The notes beneath the pieces were generated by a model. It ran no database searches, was not told the origin of the DNA, and worked only from the letters and a program-made list of their open reading frames with translations. The translations under genes and the position numbers were made by a program. A stretch of DNA of 64,000 bases from Lingula anatina (lineage: Eukaryota > Animalia > Brachiopoda), in assembly GCA_051362555.1 (NCBI GenBank), contig CM120641.1:19344001-19408000 (forward strand), given 5' to 3'. Shown piece by piece: positions 51,898-64,000 of the stretch. Each line of letters begins with the position of its first letter. Position 1 is the stretch's first letter.

Positions 51898-52212
51898 TGG
51901 AGTGAGATAGAGCGATGTATAGTTGTGGTCAAAATAACACATAAATGTAGCCAATAAAAAAACTAGCAAACCTTGCAAGTAAATACACCTGTTACATCGT
52001 GTTATCTCCATCATATAGTTATTTTAGTAATATAGTTGTTTGAATATCAACACTTTTAAATGATCCAATTCATTATTGTGACGTCTTCTGTCATATTCCA
52101 TATCCAAAAATAATATTATGACAGTTCTGCGAATGAAAACGAGTTTCAAATACATATTTATACTGCGCTCATTATCAACCTCTAGAGTGACAATCTTTCA
52201 AATTCTTTGAGT

Positions 52213-55200
52213 TTAGGCGTCTTTTGGGAGCGGGGTGTTTGAAACCACAGCATAAACAGGATCCCCAACTTTGATAGTGCCGCCAAACTTATCAATAGCC
52301 AGATTGATACCTAGTATTGGGTTGTCACGGTACTCAGGGTGCTGACGATATCTGAATGAAAAATTGGAGAAAAACAAATTTAAGCTTTTATGAAATATGT
52401 CATGGATGAATCCAGAGGTTAATTTCAAATGTATATTTTAATTTCAACCTTATGAACATATCTAATAGATATCTCTAAGAGAGAATATTCCAACCTTCTC
52501 ATCGTCTTAAGTGGTTCAGTGTCTGGGTCTCTGATACCAGTGTCCGGATCAACAGTAACAACGATACACCTGCAAGTGTAATATAATATAATATAATATA
52601 ATATAATATAATATAAGGTACTACAATACAATACAGTTTAATCTTCCTTGCGAAATTACATAAATGTAGAATTTGGACGAATGCGGTATTGCAATTTGTA
52701 TCAGCTCTTTTAAAGATTAAATATATGTTAGCAAATACCTAAACCTTCTTATGATACAACATATTTGAATAAAAAAGCTGAAAACAGAAACCAAGCACAG
52801 TAACGCGCCTCTGACAGAGCTTCACTTGGCGGAAGTAGTTGTCGCCGATCCGGAGTTTCTGCCAACTGTCCTGTTAAAAGGGAAAAATAAAACCTTCATC
52901 ATAATTGTTTCAGAAAAATTGCTGAATTTCATATCATATTTAATGCTTTATAGTTTGTATTTCCTAAACAGAGATATACAATTTTGTTTCATGTATAACA
53001 ATGTTCAATACTCAAAGCAATTCTCTGCTATCAATACATGAAAATAATACGCCAGAGCAAAGTTTTAACTTTTAAAAAACAACGCGTAGGCCTACCTCTG
53101 CGAACTCAGCACAACCAGACACAACCACATTTGGACGGAACCAAGACACTTCCACATGTTTGCCATCTGGCAGTGCCTTATTGACATTATTCAGCGAAGG
53201 CTCGGTCATCAGCATGACAGCGCTGTAGTCCGCAAAAGCAGTCTGGTAAATATTCATAATGAATACAGTTAACATAGCAATCCAATATATTCAAAGGCAT
53301 ACAATGCGCGTTATTATAAAAAAATGAACGAATAAGAGATATACTGGAAATTTCATCATTATCACCTAAATCACCAAAGGTATAGCCTGTCTTTAACTGT
53401 AAGGAAAATCACTTTCGATTTCTAACACCATCATAAGTCAGCAAACCTCATTTATATTGGGTGGCACTGAAAAATGTTTTTTAATTCAATGTTCAATAAC
53501 TTCAACAGGTCACAAGCTTTTGAATACAAATATTGTACAGATGGACTTTTGATACAATATTGGTCAAACCTGAAAATCTCAAGTCTTAAAATGCAACAGT
53601 TTTGATACAGGTATAACTATCAAATCAAAAAACAATTAACAGGCATTGAATATGCCAGTAAACGATTTTTATGTAGTTTTTTATCCTTTTAAGACAAAGT
53701 ACTAAGCTTTTTTTATCCATACATCTTCTACTATTTTTTAATACAACGACGCTTTTACAGAGCATTTTATTCCCAATATAGTATATCTTATTGGCTAAAT
53801 AAACCTTTATCTTATCTTAGTCACGTAGGTGTGACGTGACAGACCTTATATTACACCCTGACTCTACTATTCATAATCCATCGCAGGGGGCCTGTTTTAC
53901 AATGTCGACCTCCAGACCACTGGTTTCTGAATGTGGGGGACTCGGACTTTCAATCACACCGGATTCTTTTTTCCGTCAGGCCGGCTTGGAAATATTAAGA
54001 TCTAAATTTTTCGGTGTGCCAAAATTAAGAAATGCAGAGTCATAAAATTTTCAGCATTTATTTAAAACGTCATTTTCCTAAATATTCCAAACTCCATTGC
54101 AATATCTTCAAACTGTTGAAGATATTGAACTCTGATATTAGTAACATCTTTGGCCACCCGATTTATTCCACAACTGCATTTTTTTAAAGTTTCAAGTTAC
54201 CGCGTATTTGCGAACTTCAAGCGGTAATGTTACTTTGAATGGTTGTTTCTCTTCTGGGCGGAAGTGCCCAGTAAGTCGCCTTTGCCTCGTCTACCCTTTT
54301 CCGATTGTCTCTCTATTAGAATTTTTTTCATCTGACTACACACAGATATGAAGAAACATGTATTTAGTGAATTTGGTCTTCAGGAGAAATGGCGACAGAT
54401 CTAGATGTAGAGTCACAACTGAAATTTGATAGTGGTTTACCTTGTCGCTGGGTCGGCAACGATTAATGTAATATGTATTTTTCTTTCGTATCTCTTGCTT
54501 GGGGAGACTGGGGTGGGAATATACAAAGCGCATTCCGTCTTTCTTCAGATATTTGCTGATCCACGCCGCAGCAGCGTCACCGCAATCCATACCTACGGTT
54601 TCCATGTCACGCATCCTATGATGAATAATGGATTACATCTTTTAAGGGTTGGAAGGCACGTTTCTTTGACAACAAGAGACGCACATTTTAAGCCCCCCCC
54701 CCATGTACTGATATAATATAATTTAATTGATTTTTGTTGTAACTGAATTAATATTTTAAAAGACCAGTCACGTTTGAGACATACACTGTAGAGAAACGCC
54801 TTAAGATATACGTAGAAATGGACAGAGGCCTTGCATTGCAGTGTATAATATATATATACTAGTACTTTTAGTTAGTTTTTCAACCATTCATTTTAAAGGT
54901 GCGACAGTGTTTGGTATTTTTCTTTATCAAAGCTCGGGACAAGTTAGTATGATACGAGAAATTCTATGAAATCATTTTATTTCATTCATGTAGTGGATAA
55001 AGACCATTTTCAGCCTATTAATTAACTCACTTATAATCTCTGGGTTACTTTCCACACGTTAACGGTACTTACTTCAGATCCATAACCTTGCTATCGTTGG
55101 ATAATGTCATAGTGATTGGTAAATTCAGGGTGTCCATTCCTTCTGCGTCCAGACATATATGATTGTCACTGATGGTGACATTCACTGCGGCCAGCCTTGG

Positions 55201-56169
55201 TTGCTCAGCGATGTTAGCGAAGGTGCCATTCTCTTTTGCAACCATCCAGTGCCTTGTAAAGAGAAGAGTTTTACAGACATACTGGGACAAAAGTCATTAC
55301 AGTAATCGATTTTTCGGAAATAAATGGAGAGAGAGAATAATGCCCCTCCCTACCTAATTTTACATCTGATATAGCCCTTTGTCAACATCTGATTCCTGCG
55401 CTTTCACATATTACAAATTTTACGTCATCTTCTGTTCTGTTACTCATATACCCTCATTGTTATTTGCCCGTTTGAGTGCTCATGGATATGCGATTTTAAA
55501 GGCTTAATTTGACTGGGCCAAGTGCAAGTGGGAGTAGTAAAGAAAAGCATATCATGAAATATAGATCCCATTATATAAAATACTTGGAGACCAAAATGTC
55601 CATTACAGAAACAAGAGAATTAAGCAAGACTATGTCTTTGTCTCCCTTGTACCAGTCGGCAGTATTACAAAATTAAAGTAGTGGGTAGCCACCGCGCAAC
55701 AACAGACGGATACGAAAACTACGATAACTTACTTTTACCCCATGCAGAAAGCCCCGCGGCCATCAGCTACGACATCGACGGCGGATTATCGACGGATTAT
55801 CGACGGCGAGGAACTTTTTAAAATCAACATAGGAACCACGATTTATTTCTATAGTTTCTGCTGGTACAGTTAGATGTTTAATGACATCCTAAAAAAACGC
55901 GTGGTCTTAGTGAACCGGATTGTCAAACGGTACCGTGTCTGTAGGGCCTACCTATCCATCATATCCCCGGATTTCAGACCCAATTTCGAGACCTGTGCTG
56001 CCTCCACTGAAACACCTTTGGCTGACTTCACAGGATAAATGATCAGATCAGCTACCCTGCCTACAAGCCTGAACTGTTGGGTGTTGCGGTATATCCACCA
56101 TGTAAATACATATTTAGCAGCCGCTGCAGAGAGCAGGCCGGCAAACTGGGCAATTTCGTCCTGGCCCAT
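52213..56169 (-). CDS. MTARC: Mitochondrial amidoxime-reducing component (MOSC-domain molybdoenzyme), 7 exons
   Basis: Exons 56169-55952, 55252-55073, 54615-54441, 53242-53096, 52870-52809, 52569-52495 and 52351-52213. The protein has an N-terminal hydrophobic anchor, then VGRVADLIIYPVKSAKG, DRHWMV, QPRLAAV, GMDCGDAAAAWISKYL, FADYSAVML, FRPNVVVSGCAEFAEDSW, KLCQRCIVVTVDPDTG..EPLKTMRRYR and GTIKVGDPVY. Confidence 0.95.
52581..52616. repeat. (ATAAT)n pentanucleotide microsatellite next to an mARC acceptor
   Basis: Directly visible. Confidence 0.85.
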
Positions 56170-56275
56170 GTTGTAACGCGATTTGCGTTTACCAGGTGCC
56201 AAAGTGCAATACTCATATGATGCTAGCGACTTGTCCCGTCATGGCGACGAATGATAAGATGACCTATTTAACTCG

Positions 56276-56408
56276 TACCCTCTACCAGGGCGACAGGTCG
56301 ATTTTCCACAAAAATTCACAGATGTGTCTATAGATAAATAGACAGTCATTTTGGCTCTCAGTCAGCAAAAAATGTCCACAATAATAACTGCGGCCCTGGT
56401 AGAGGGTA
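56276..56408. mobile_element. 133-bp MITE with 9-bp TSD just upstream of mARC
   Basis: TIRs TACCCTCTACCAGGGC / GCCCTGGTAGAGGGTA. TSD TTTAACTCG (56267-56275, 56409-56417). The interior shares CAGCAAAAA(A)TGTCCACAA.AATAACTGCGG with 50387-50506. Confidence 0.85.
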
Positions 56409-56996
56409 TTTAACTCGTGCCATTATTATAGAACAGTGTCGGATTTAAAGGGTGTCGGGGAGGGGGTATGCCCCCCTCCCCTTCGATTTCTGAAAAAATT
56501 ACACCAATGGTCCCCTCTTGCATTTAGAAATTTCATAAGCTAACTCATAGTTCTAAACTGTACCAAATGCCACCGTTGACCCTCTAAATCACCAAAAATT
56601 TTCGGGGCGCCCAGCAGACCCCGAACCCCAAAATAATTACTTGGTAAGAACCAAATATTTATCTCCCGTAATACACTTATATGCGTTCGAAATTTCTGTG
56701 TATTACACAGAAATTTCGAACGCATATAAGTGTAGCTATAGCTCCAAAATGTAGCTTAGACGTAGTATACGTGGAAGCGATGTCTGATTCTAAGTTTGAC
56801 TTGCAGGTTTAGTTTAGTACGTTACAGCAGGAAAGGCCTGTGCGGCGATGTAGACATGTACATGTAGACACCCTGGATAAAAACAGATAGAGATAGAGCG
56901 CGTTTGTTTGTCTAAACTGATAACATTTGTAACACACGTCAAAATTATTTTTAATCTCGTGTTCAAATAAAAGAAAAAGATATGTATATAAAAGAA

Positions 56997-58300
56997 AAAC
57001 AAGGCAGCAAAGCTGTTAAATGTACAGGCGAGATACTGTCAATTCTGATGCAGTAATACATTATGCTTAACTGTAAAGTCAACATCAAATTGTAATTATG
57101 CATAACAGGTAATACTGATGAAAGTAAAACTATAAGGCCTTAGGCCCATGAGAGTTCAAGTTCACACTTCGAAAAAGCCAGAATGAGAAAAATGAAAATT
57201 TCACAAAAAATGCATTAATTCAATAAAAATGATAATTCAATACATTTGGTTTTCTAATTTGAGCTGTACGTCAATCCTATGAATCATTCTTGTAAGTTAA
57301 AAAAATAATAATTAACACAGTTTTCTTTTCATAACGTTTGTGGTGACAGTGCACAAAGTAGGCTATTTGTCAATTTTGATGCAATATTACATAATAATTA
57401 AAGGTATAATTACCACCAATTTTTAATCATCTTCTATTGATAACAAGGACATTTAAAAAACTGATTACCACAGATGAAAATGTCTGGCAAAGGTCTTCAA
57501 GCCCAAGGAAGTTCAAAGTCACACCTCGAAAATGTCAATATATGAAAACTTTAATTCTAGCAAAAAACTATATAATGTCCAGAGAAGTTCACCAATAAGA
57601 CACGTTTTCCAATTGAAGCTGTATTTTTGTCGAATGTTACTTTTCTGTAAGTTTGAGAAGAGTAAGTGACATGGTTTTGATCTAGTGGTCACTATAGAGA
57701 CAGTGCCCAAAAAAGGGTTTTCTTCAATTTTGATGCAATATTACATAATGCTTAACAGCATAATGACCAACAATTTTTAATAATGAAATAAAATTATCAT
57801 GGATATTAAGAAAATGTGACTAGCAAAAGTCTTCAAGGCCATGAAAGTTCAGAGTCACACCTTGACAATGCAAAAATGTAAACAAGAGATAACTGTACTG
57901 AAATGAGTTCATTTCCATTTTAACACCTTTTTTTACAAAATGGTCCAATTAAGCTAATTTTCCAACTGGATCTGTATTTTAGTAAGATTGGTCACTCCTG
58001 TAAGTTTTAATACAAAAGGCTTATTGGTTTTCCTTGAAATGTGTTATCAGTGTTGCATATATGCTGAAAAAAAAAAAAAAAACAGCATAACTTTTCAAAA
58101 AATGGCCCGATCATGCTTATTTTTGAACTTGACTTGCTTATCATGAATATTCATCAGTTCCATAAGTTTCAAGCCATAAGGTCAAACAGTTTTCCACTTA
58201 TCATGTTATCAGTGAAAGTGCACAGCTATGATGGCGATGGTGCAGCGACGACAGTTGCAGTGATGGCTATATGTATAGACACCTCTGTGTCTGTACATAA
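56997..58300 (+). mobile_element. Putative non-autonomous Helentron/HINE-like element with three degenerate ~340-350-bp internal tandem repeats
   Basis: AATT(C/T)TGATGCA.TA.TACAT recurs at ~57041, ~57372 and ~57726. AAGG.CTT..GCC.ATGA.AGTTCA..TCACAC recurs at ~57134, ~57490 and ~57826. It starts with AAACAAG and ends in a short hairpin TATAGACAC-CTCT-GTGTCTGTA before an A-run. The superfamily call is inference. Confidence 0.55.
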
Positions 58301-58934
58301 AAACACTTTGTATTTAAAAATGTCTCATTAACAAAAAAATCTTCTAAAATGTATAAATATAAGGGACCATGGGTTTTTCCATACAAGGCTTCTTCAACAG
58401 CACCAGTGCAGGCAACCCATAACTTTTGTCACTGCATTTTTACATTACCAATATGTTTTGAAAACCTTTAAATTTTTCACCTATTCAATGACACATTCCA
58501 AAAAATCCTCCAGAAAGTCTAAAATTATAATTAAGAATTTTATATTGAAGATGTGTCAAGCAAAATTCTGAGAGCTAGCACTGTGCTGAAAGACATGCAT
58601 GAAATACTCAAGGGTAAAACGGATCCACCTTTAGTAAGGATGGATTCTCCTAGTTGCTATGTTAAATTATTCAATAAACAAAGTTTTTCTCAGTCAATTA
58701 CCACACAAAGTGTTTTCTTAATATCTTTATTGAGAATAACTTTTAAGTGATTCAGGTAGATAAAAATATAAATAATTGGTTTAAATTCATATATTCAATA
58801 ATAACAATTGTAAATGTTTAAAATTCAGATATTCACATGAAACTAATATTATAACTGACACTGATAAGAAATATATTTCATTTTACAAATGACAAAACAT
58901 GTCTAACAGCAGTCATTTTATCCTTCATTATTAA

Positions 58935-59169
58935 TTATCACCTCTGCCAAGGAGGTTATCTTGTCACCTCTGTTTATCGGTCTGTTTGTCAGCAGCCTAA
59001 CTAAAAAAACTATGATTGGATTTTGATGAAATTTTCTTGTGAGATCAGAAATGGTTAACTTATAAAGTGTAATTTTTTTTTTTGATGACCCATAAGTTAA
59101 TCAATGGTTAATTATTACTAAATCATTTGTCTTAGCGGAGGTCTGCACTCTATGAGTGCTTTTCTGGTT
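58935..59169 (+). mobile_element. Short non-autonomous Helentron-associated (HINE-type) repeat
   Basis: TTATCACCTCTGCCAAGGAGGTTAT...GTCTGTTTGTCAGCAG...GGATTTTGATGAAATTTT...GCGGAGGTCTGCACTCTATGAGTGC..TCTGGTT. The sub-terminal inverted ACCTC(T/C)GC / GCGGAGGT plus a terminal GCACTC..GAGTGC hairpin is the layout typical of this class. Confidence 0.7.
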
Positions 59170-59754
59170 ATTTCTATATTCTCTGACAAAGATTTTCTCT
59201 TCAATTTTACATCTCATCTGGACGCGTGTCACATAATTTCTATTGATGGCTTGTAGCACTTGACACTAAAAGTAAAATAATTTAAAGATATAAAAACCAT
59301 CATATGTTTCATGTGTTATTAGAACTTGTGTTATTAGAACTTGAAGTTAATACATGTTTGTGATTAAACCAGTTGCTACAACAGCATGTTACAAGGTAGT
59401 GTTATTTATAAGGAACACATCTCCTGATATTTAAAACATAAATTCCATAACTTTTCATTTCTCTGTTTCATATATGTAACCGGTACATTGATGTTTCTAC
59501 ATATTGCCATTGCCTGTCTGTAAGAGACAATTCCCAAAGATATTTAGATCGATCTATCCCTCTGGAGAGTCTCACTAGATTGTTGTCACCTTAACCGGCT
59601 TAAACGTCTGTCTCTCCTACTAAAAGCTGTAAGGTGTATGGTGTGACTACAGAAGCAGTATCTCAGTGTATCTGAGATAGGTTGTCTGTACATTTGTCAG
59701 CTGTACATATACCATCTGCAAATTTGGTTTAATATCCGTATGTTCTCATCTTAC

Positions 59755-60891
59755 CTGGCCACTGCAAGTTTAGTCTTTCCTCAGCTATACTTTGGAGTTT
59801 CCTTGTAAGTGCCTGGTCCATCTCAGCAAGAGAGTCAATCTGTAATATGCCAAATAAATTGTTACATACAAACATATTAAATATTTATAAACATATTGCT
59901 GTTTGTTATAATGTCTTATAAAAGATCTTCAAAATATAAACAGTTTCATTGAAAAAGTTCATGAAATCTCAATTTATAATCTGGAATAAATAAAACAGAA
60001 AATAACAATCAATTTTGTTCTTTGCCTTTGCCCAGCACTTCAATATAAAAAAAATGTTTAACTAAAAGTTTGCTAATTTTCGGCCACTGAAATGACGGTG
60101 TAACTACCATATTCAGCCAAATGGGCACATACGTGTATGACATTGTTTACAGGCAGTATTATCACGTGGACTGATGACCAAATGTATAGAATAAATCAAA
60201 ATAATTTTATCTTGTTTGTATAGATATACCCTCTTATTACATATTACCCCTAGGATCCTCATACACTTCTTTACAAATTCTTCATTCTCACTATTCCTCA
60301 TGACTGCTACCAGCGAATCCTTCACAGTATCTACAGCTTTGAGCTGCTTCTAAAAGAAAGTACATCTGTTTTAAAATTACGGATTTGCTGCTCAAGCCTG
60401 AAACTGTTCACATTCCTGAAATAATATTCATCATTTTTTTATGTATCACCTTATGTGAGGCTTCAACTGAAATATTTTTACAGACTTTTTGCAATGTGTT
60501 TGTTACAATAATCTGCTTTGAATTCTACACATATGCTAAAATTTTTCTATTGCAGATATACTGTAGTTATAACCTCAGCATTATTAAACACCAAAGTAAA
60601 CGCAAGTGATGGTTATTGATAATTGTGATGACATTCTAAATGTGATCTTATGGTGGTGATTCATGTATGACTGAAACCCTGGCCTTGACCAAATTACTAA
60701 GGTGATATGGGCTCTTTCTATAATATCTAACTGTCCAATGCCAAGAATAAAATACATTTCCAGAAAAAATGCCATGGTGTCAATACAACTGAACTCACAT
60801 TTATTACAGGTTTATTAGACTGTCCTGACATTATGTTGGAAATCTGAAGTCCCTCAGGCTTGTGTCTCCTGTCTGATGTACTAACTTCATT
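59755..60891 (-). CDS. Three internal exons of an unidentified gene (start and last exon unresolved)
   Basis: Exons 60891-60799, 60349-60230 and 59839-59755 have good AG/GT sites and join in frame: NEVSTSDRRHKPEGLQISNIMSGQSNKPVIN|KQLKAVDTVKDSLVAVMRNSENEEFVKKCMRILGVICNKR|IDSLAEMDQALTRKLQSIAEERLNLQWP. A possible last exon at ~59627-59587 would add AFSRRDRRLSRLR*. No family recognised. Confidence 0.6.
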
Positions 60892-61690
60892 CTAAAGAAA
60901 TAAAAAAATAAGCAAAGTTAAATAAAAATTAACAACAATAATAAAATACATGATATTTACCAGTAAACTATTTTCACATTGCATTATACCACTACTTTCC
61001 CCCCCCCCCCCCCACTGTTAAAAGGGATAACAATTAAATCTTTAAATGATATTTAAATTCCACAATATACACACATTGTAAAAAATACACAGAAATATAA
61101 TAAATTCCATTTTACAACCAAAATGGAGGTTATTGCAATTTTTTTTAAATCTGTGCTTGCCATTGGACCACATGGACCTTCATACATAGCTACCCCATCG
61201 TAAATCTCTTAAGAAATTATTTTTAAAAACACACTTTTTCATAAACCATTAGAAAGTATGGGAAAATTGTCATTTATCTGTGGAAAACCGTTTTATGGCA
61301 CTTCCCACCTTAATGAAGAGTTGTTATGCCTTTAATGGTAAAAATAACTGTGTATATACAACCCCGTGTATCATCTTTTTAATGTCAACTTGTTTGAGTT
61401 TTTTTTTATATAGTGGAAATGGAATATCACTGCCTACTACGTGTACATGTATACATGTATGTACATGTAACAACTATGTAACATAAAATAATAATATAAA
61501 AACTGTTTAAATTTTAAAAAAATAGTTGAAATCGCAGTAAGCATCTGTTTGGAACTTTTAAAACTACATTTAGAATCTCAGTATGGTTGAAGTGAATAGA
61601 TTTTTTTTAATGTAAAAATGGTTTTCAACAAATTGACCCAAACACATTTCAACAAGGTCAAGTCAAAACGAGGGTATATAATAGTAAATA

Positions 61691-62718
61691 GGTCAGCACT
61701 AGATCATATACGGCAGCGGGACGGAAGTGAGTAATCCAACATGGCGGTCCCTAGCGACGAGATGCTAAGGCTGATAGTCGAATGTTGTAGTGCCGATCAA
61801 AACACAGTTCAATTTTTAATCGTATAATAACTAGGAATATAGCATATAATTTTTATTTACTTTTTAATTTATCTTTTTATTTTTTTATCGTATTATACCT
61901 AGGATTTTGTAAACTTTGCGATTTGAATAAAGTAGATGAGTTCCACCTCCTGCTAGAGTGCAAAGCATATGATTCAATACGCGATCCCTTCAGAGGGCAG
62001 CTTTCAGAGTTCCTACCCCTAGGCGACTTCAGCTTTAATGAACTGTATAATTTTCTTATGGGTGCTCAAGACTTAAATATTCTTAGAATGGTTATGCGTT
62101 TTGTAAATAGATGCTTCCAACAAAGGGAACAAACCCTCTCTTATACATTGTACTCTTTTCAGTGTTTGTATTTAAATTCATCGCCTGTAGATTATCATTA
62201 CACATTTTATATATATCACTTTATAAACTCATTTATTAGTATTATTATACATTTATCTAATTGGGTCTAAATGCGTTTCCACGTCCTGCAAATTTACGTA
62301 TCTGTAGCTGGAGTTGTCTGTTTTACCTCTATGATTGTACTTCGGCCCATTTTTAAACACGTATTCATCTATATCGCATCAAAATCATGTATATTTATTC
62401 ATTTACTTATTTGTACTCTGCTATAGTTGTACTGTCTTTGATTGTACCTTAATTATTTGTGAAGGTGTATCAATAAAGAATCCCTAGGGATATAGCATAC
62501 ATGTATATTTTCCTAGATATTTTGCTGTAAAACTACATCCTATAAATGTCTCGGCGGCGCCACTCGGAGCTACTCGGATGTCTCCGCACTCGACAATAAG
62601 TATGGTTAGTCTGGAGCTTGCGGAATGAGCCGAGGATTGCCGATTGCGGCGGCGCTGGGGGGCGCCATGTTGGATTACTCACTTCCGTCCCGCTGCCGTA
62701 TATGATCTAGTGCTGACC
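61691..62718. mobile_element. Non-autonomous Mutator(MULE)-like element, 1028 bp
   Basis: Perfect 56-bp TIRs (61691-61746 / 62663-62718), beginning GG and ending CC. Exact 10-bp TSD ATAGTAAATA (61681-61690, 62719-62728). Confidence 0.9.
61904..62480 (+). mobile_element. 5'-truncated non-LTR retrotransposon (LINE) 3' end nested in the MULE-like element
   Basis: Encodes CKLCDLNKVDEFHLLLECKAYDSIR...LRMVMRFVNRCFQQR, resembling the C-terminal CCHC motif of LINE ORF2. An AT-rich 3' UTR follows and ends at AATAAA (~62472). Confidence 0.72.
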
Positions 62719-64000
62719 ATAGTAAATAAGCTCATAAATATTCATGAGCTTATCAGTGTCTCCAAGATGATGAACTGCAACCCGGTTATCGCCCTTATAA
62801 ACATTTTCGTTTCCACTCTGCAATAACTCTGACTTATTAGGGAGCTTTCTTTTAATCTCCTTCATTTTTGTCTTTTGACTCTATTTGAGTTCGGCAGCAG
62901 ACGTTTAATTTATCTTATGACCAATGTATTTGGCAAATAAAACACATGGCACATATACGTGTGATCAAAGAAATTAAAAATGTACAATTATTTCTATCAC
63001 CTAACATTCACTTCTTTCTTTACGTCATCCTCTTATTAGTTTTGCTTTTGGTCACTTCCGGCATTTTTTTTTTCGTCCACCATTTTCCTTCGAAGAGAAT
63101 GTTGGGAAAATTTGGTGATCCACGTGACTTTCGTCCAATCAGCTGTGGGGACCCCCAACACAGGTTGTTGTTCATCCTAAAGTCAGAAGGTGTTTACCAT
63201 ACCAGAAAAATTACGATCGAGAACCGTTTTGAATCCATGAGCCAGTTTTTGGCGTGAGGACAGAGTGCAGAGTTCACGAGAGAATCCGACAACCTCTCCG
63301 CACTATGGTCAGTACTGTTTTTATGTCATTATTGTAAACGAATGAGTTCTCCGGTGTTCATTCAATGGCGCTCGCCGATGAGTGTTAAACTTACTATGGG
63401 TGCCGAGTGAATGGTAACTGTCAACCGTTGTTAAAAATGTTAGTTTTTGCACATACGTAGCACCGACGTCATGGTATTCCTTAGAATACTAAGTGAAAAC
63501 GCCTTTCTTTAAAATGCTGAAGTCGTTTTTAACGAAGATATTGTGGCTTGTTTACTTCGGGCAGCCACGTAAATAACAAATTCAGGTAACAATGCCCTTC
63601 ACCTACCTGAACCAGTCTGCCATTTTTGTTATTAAACGATTAATGATTGCAAAGTTTAAAGTCATTTTCTCTATTTACCTTACAGATTACAATAGTTATC
63701 CAGGATGTTGAAAGAATACCTTTTATAAATAATGTCAGCTTTACATTATCATTGCCATTGGTTTGGCTGGTATTGTCAGCTGTTGAGTTTAAAGAAGGGA
63801 AAGGCTGAGCTCAAAAAGTAGATTATCATCTTTATAATCATCCTCTTTGGTTTTCTTAGCCTGTTACTGATCATTACTGGTTCACAGCCAGGCTCTTCAT
63901 AAAAATAAAGTTGTGCAGGTGTGAAAGAGCTGAACTTCCCAAGTATTTCAATGTCATTGGAGAGGTTCTGATGTAATCATGCCTGCTCCTCAATGGAAAT

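Noticed and set aside
38427-56169. Metal-handling gene cluster (CCS copper, mARC molybdenum, receptor in between)
   Set aside because: The pathways are unrelated and there is no shared regulatory evidence. Adjacency is probably coincidental without synteny data.
59700-59754. Acceptor at 59716 as the next exon of the unidentified gene
   Set aside because: It would need a 39-nt intron, which is implausibly short. The acceptor near 59628 is more likely but unproven.
62946-63257. 103-aa plus-strand ORF with a hydrophobic stretch
   Set aside because: The hydrophobicity reflects T-rich sequence. There is no homology signal, and the region looks like promoter or 5' UTR.

Overview
AT-rich, intron-containing animal genomic DNA, most likely a marine invertebrate; the taxon cannot be fixed from the sequence alone. 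I spliced five genes by hand from GT-AG sites and reading phase. (1) An Msxlx-type NK-class homeobox gene (-, 3 exons) sits in about 22 kb of gene-poor flanking DNA. (2) A G2E3/PHF7-like PHD-finger gene (-) has no HECT domain; its long last exon carries six copies of an unfamiliar (E/L)LKxLxIDMTPK motif. A 1.9-kb orphan terminal exon with seven PPSY motifs lies just downstream. (3) The copper chaperone CCS (+) is head-to-head with gene 2. (4) A type-I membrane protein (+) has signal peptide, 3 CUB, 7 Sushi, S/T stalk, TM and an NPxY tail. (5) mARC/MOSC (-) needs a GC-AG intron just before its catalytic Cys codon. There are also exons of an unidentified minus-strand gene near 60 kb. Mobile DNA includes a full-length decayed Tc1 element with intact TIRs, a Mutator-like element (56-bp perfect TIRs, 10-bp TSD) enclosing a LINE 3' end, several MITEs and Helentron-type non-autonomous elements, and a 505-bp direct duplication. 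The most interesting candidate is the PHD gene with two possible alternative tails, each built from a different repeated short linear motif. No database searches were run, so all family calls come from motif recognition.
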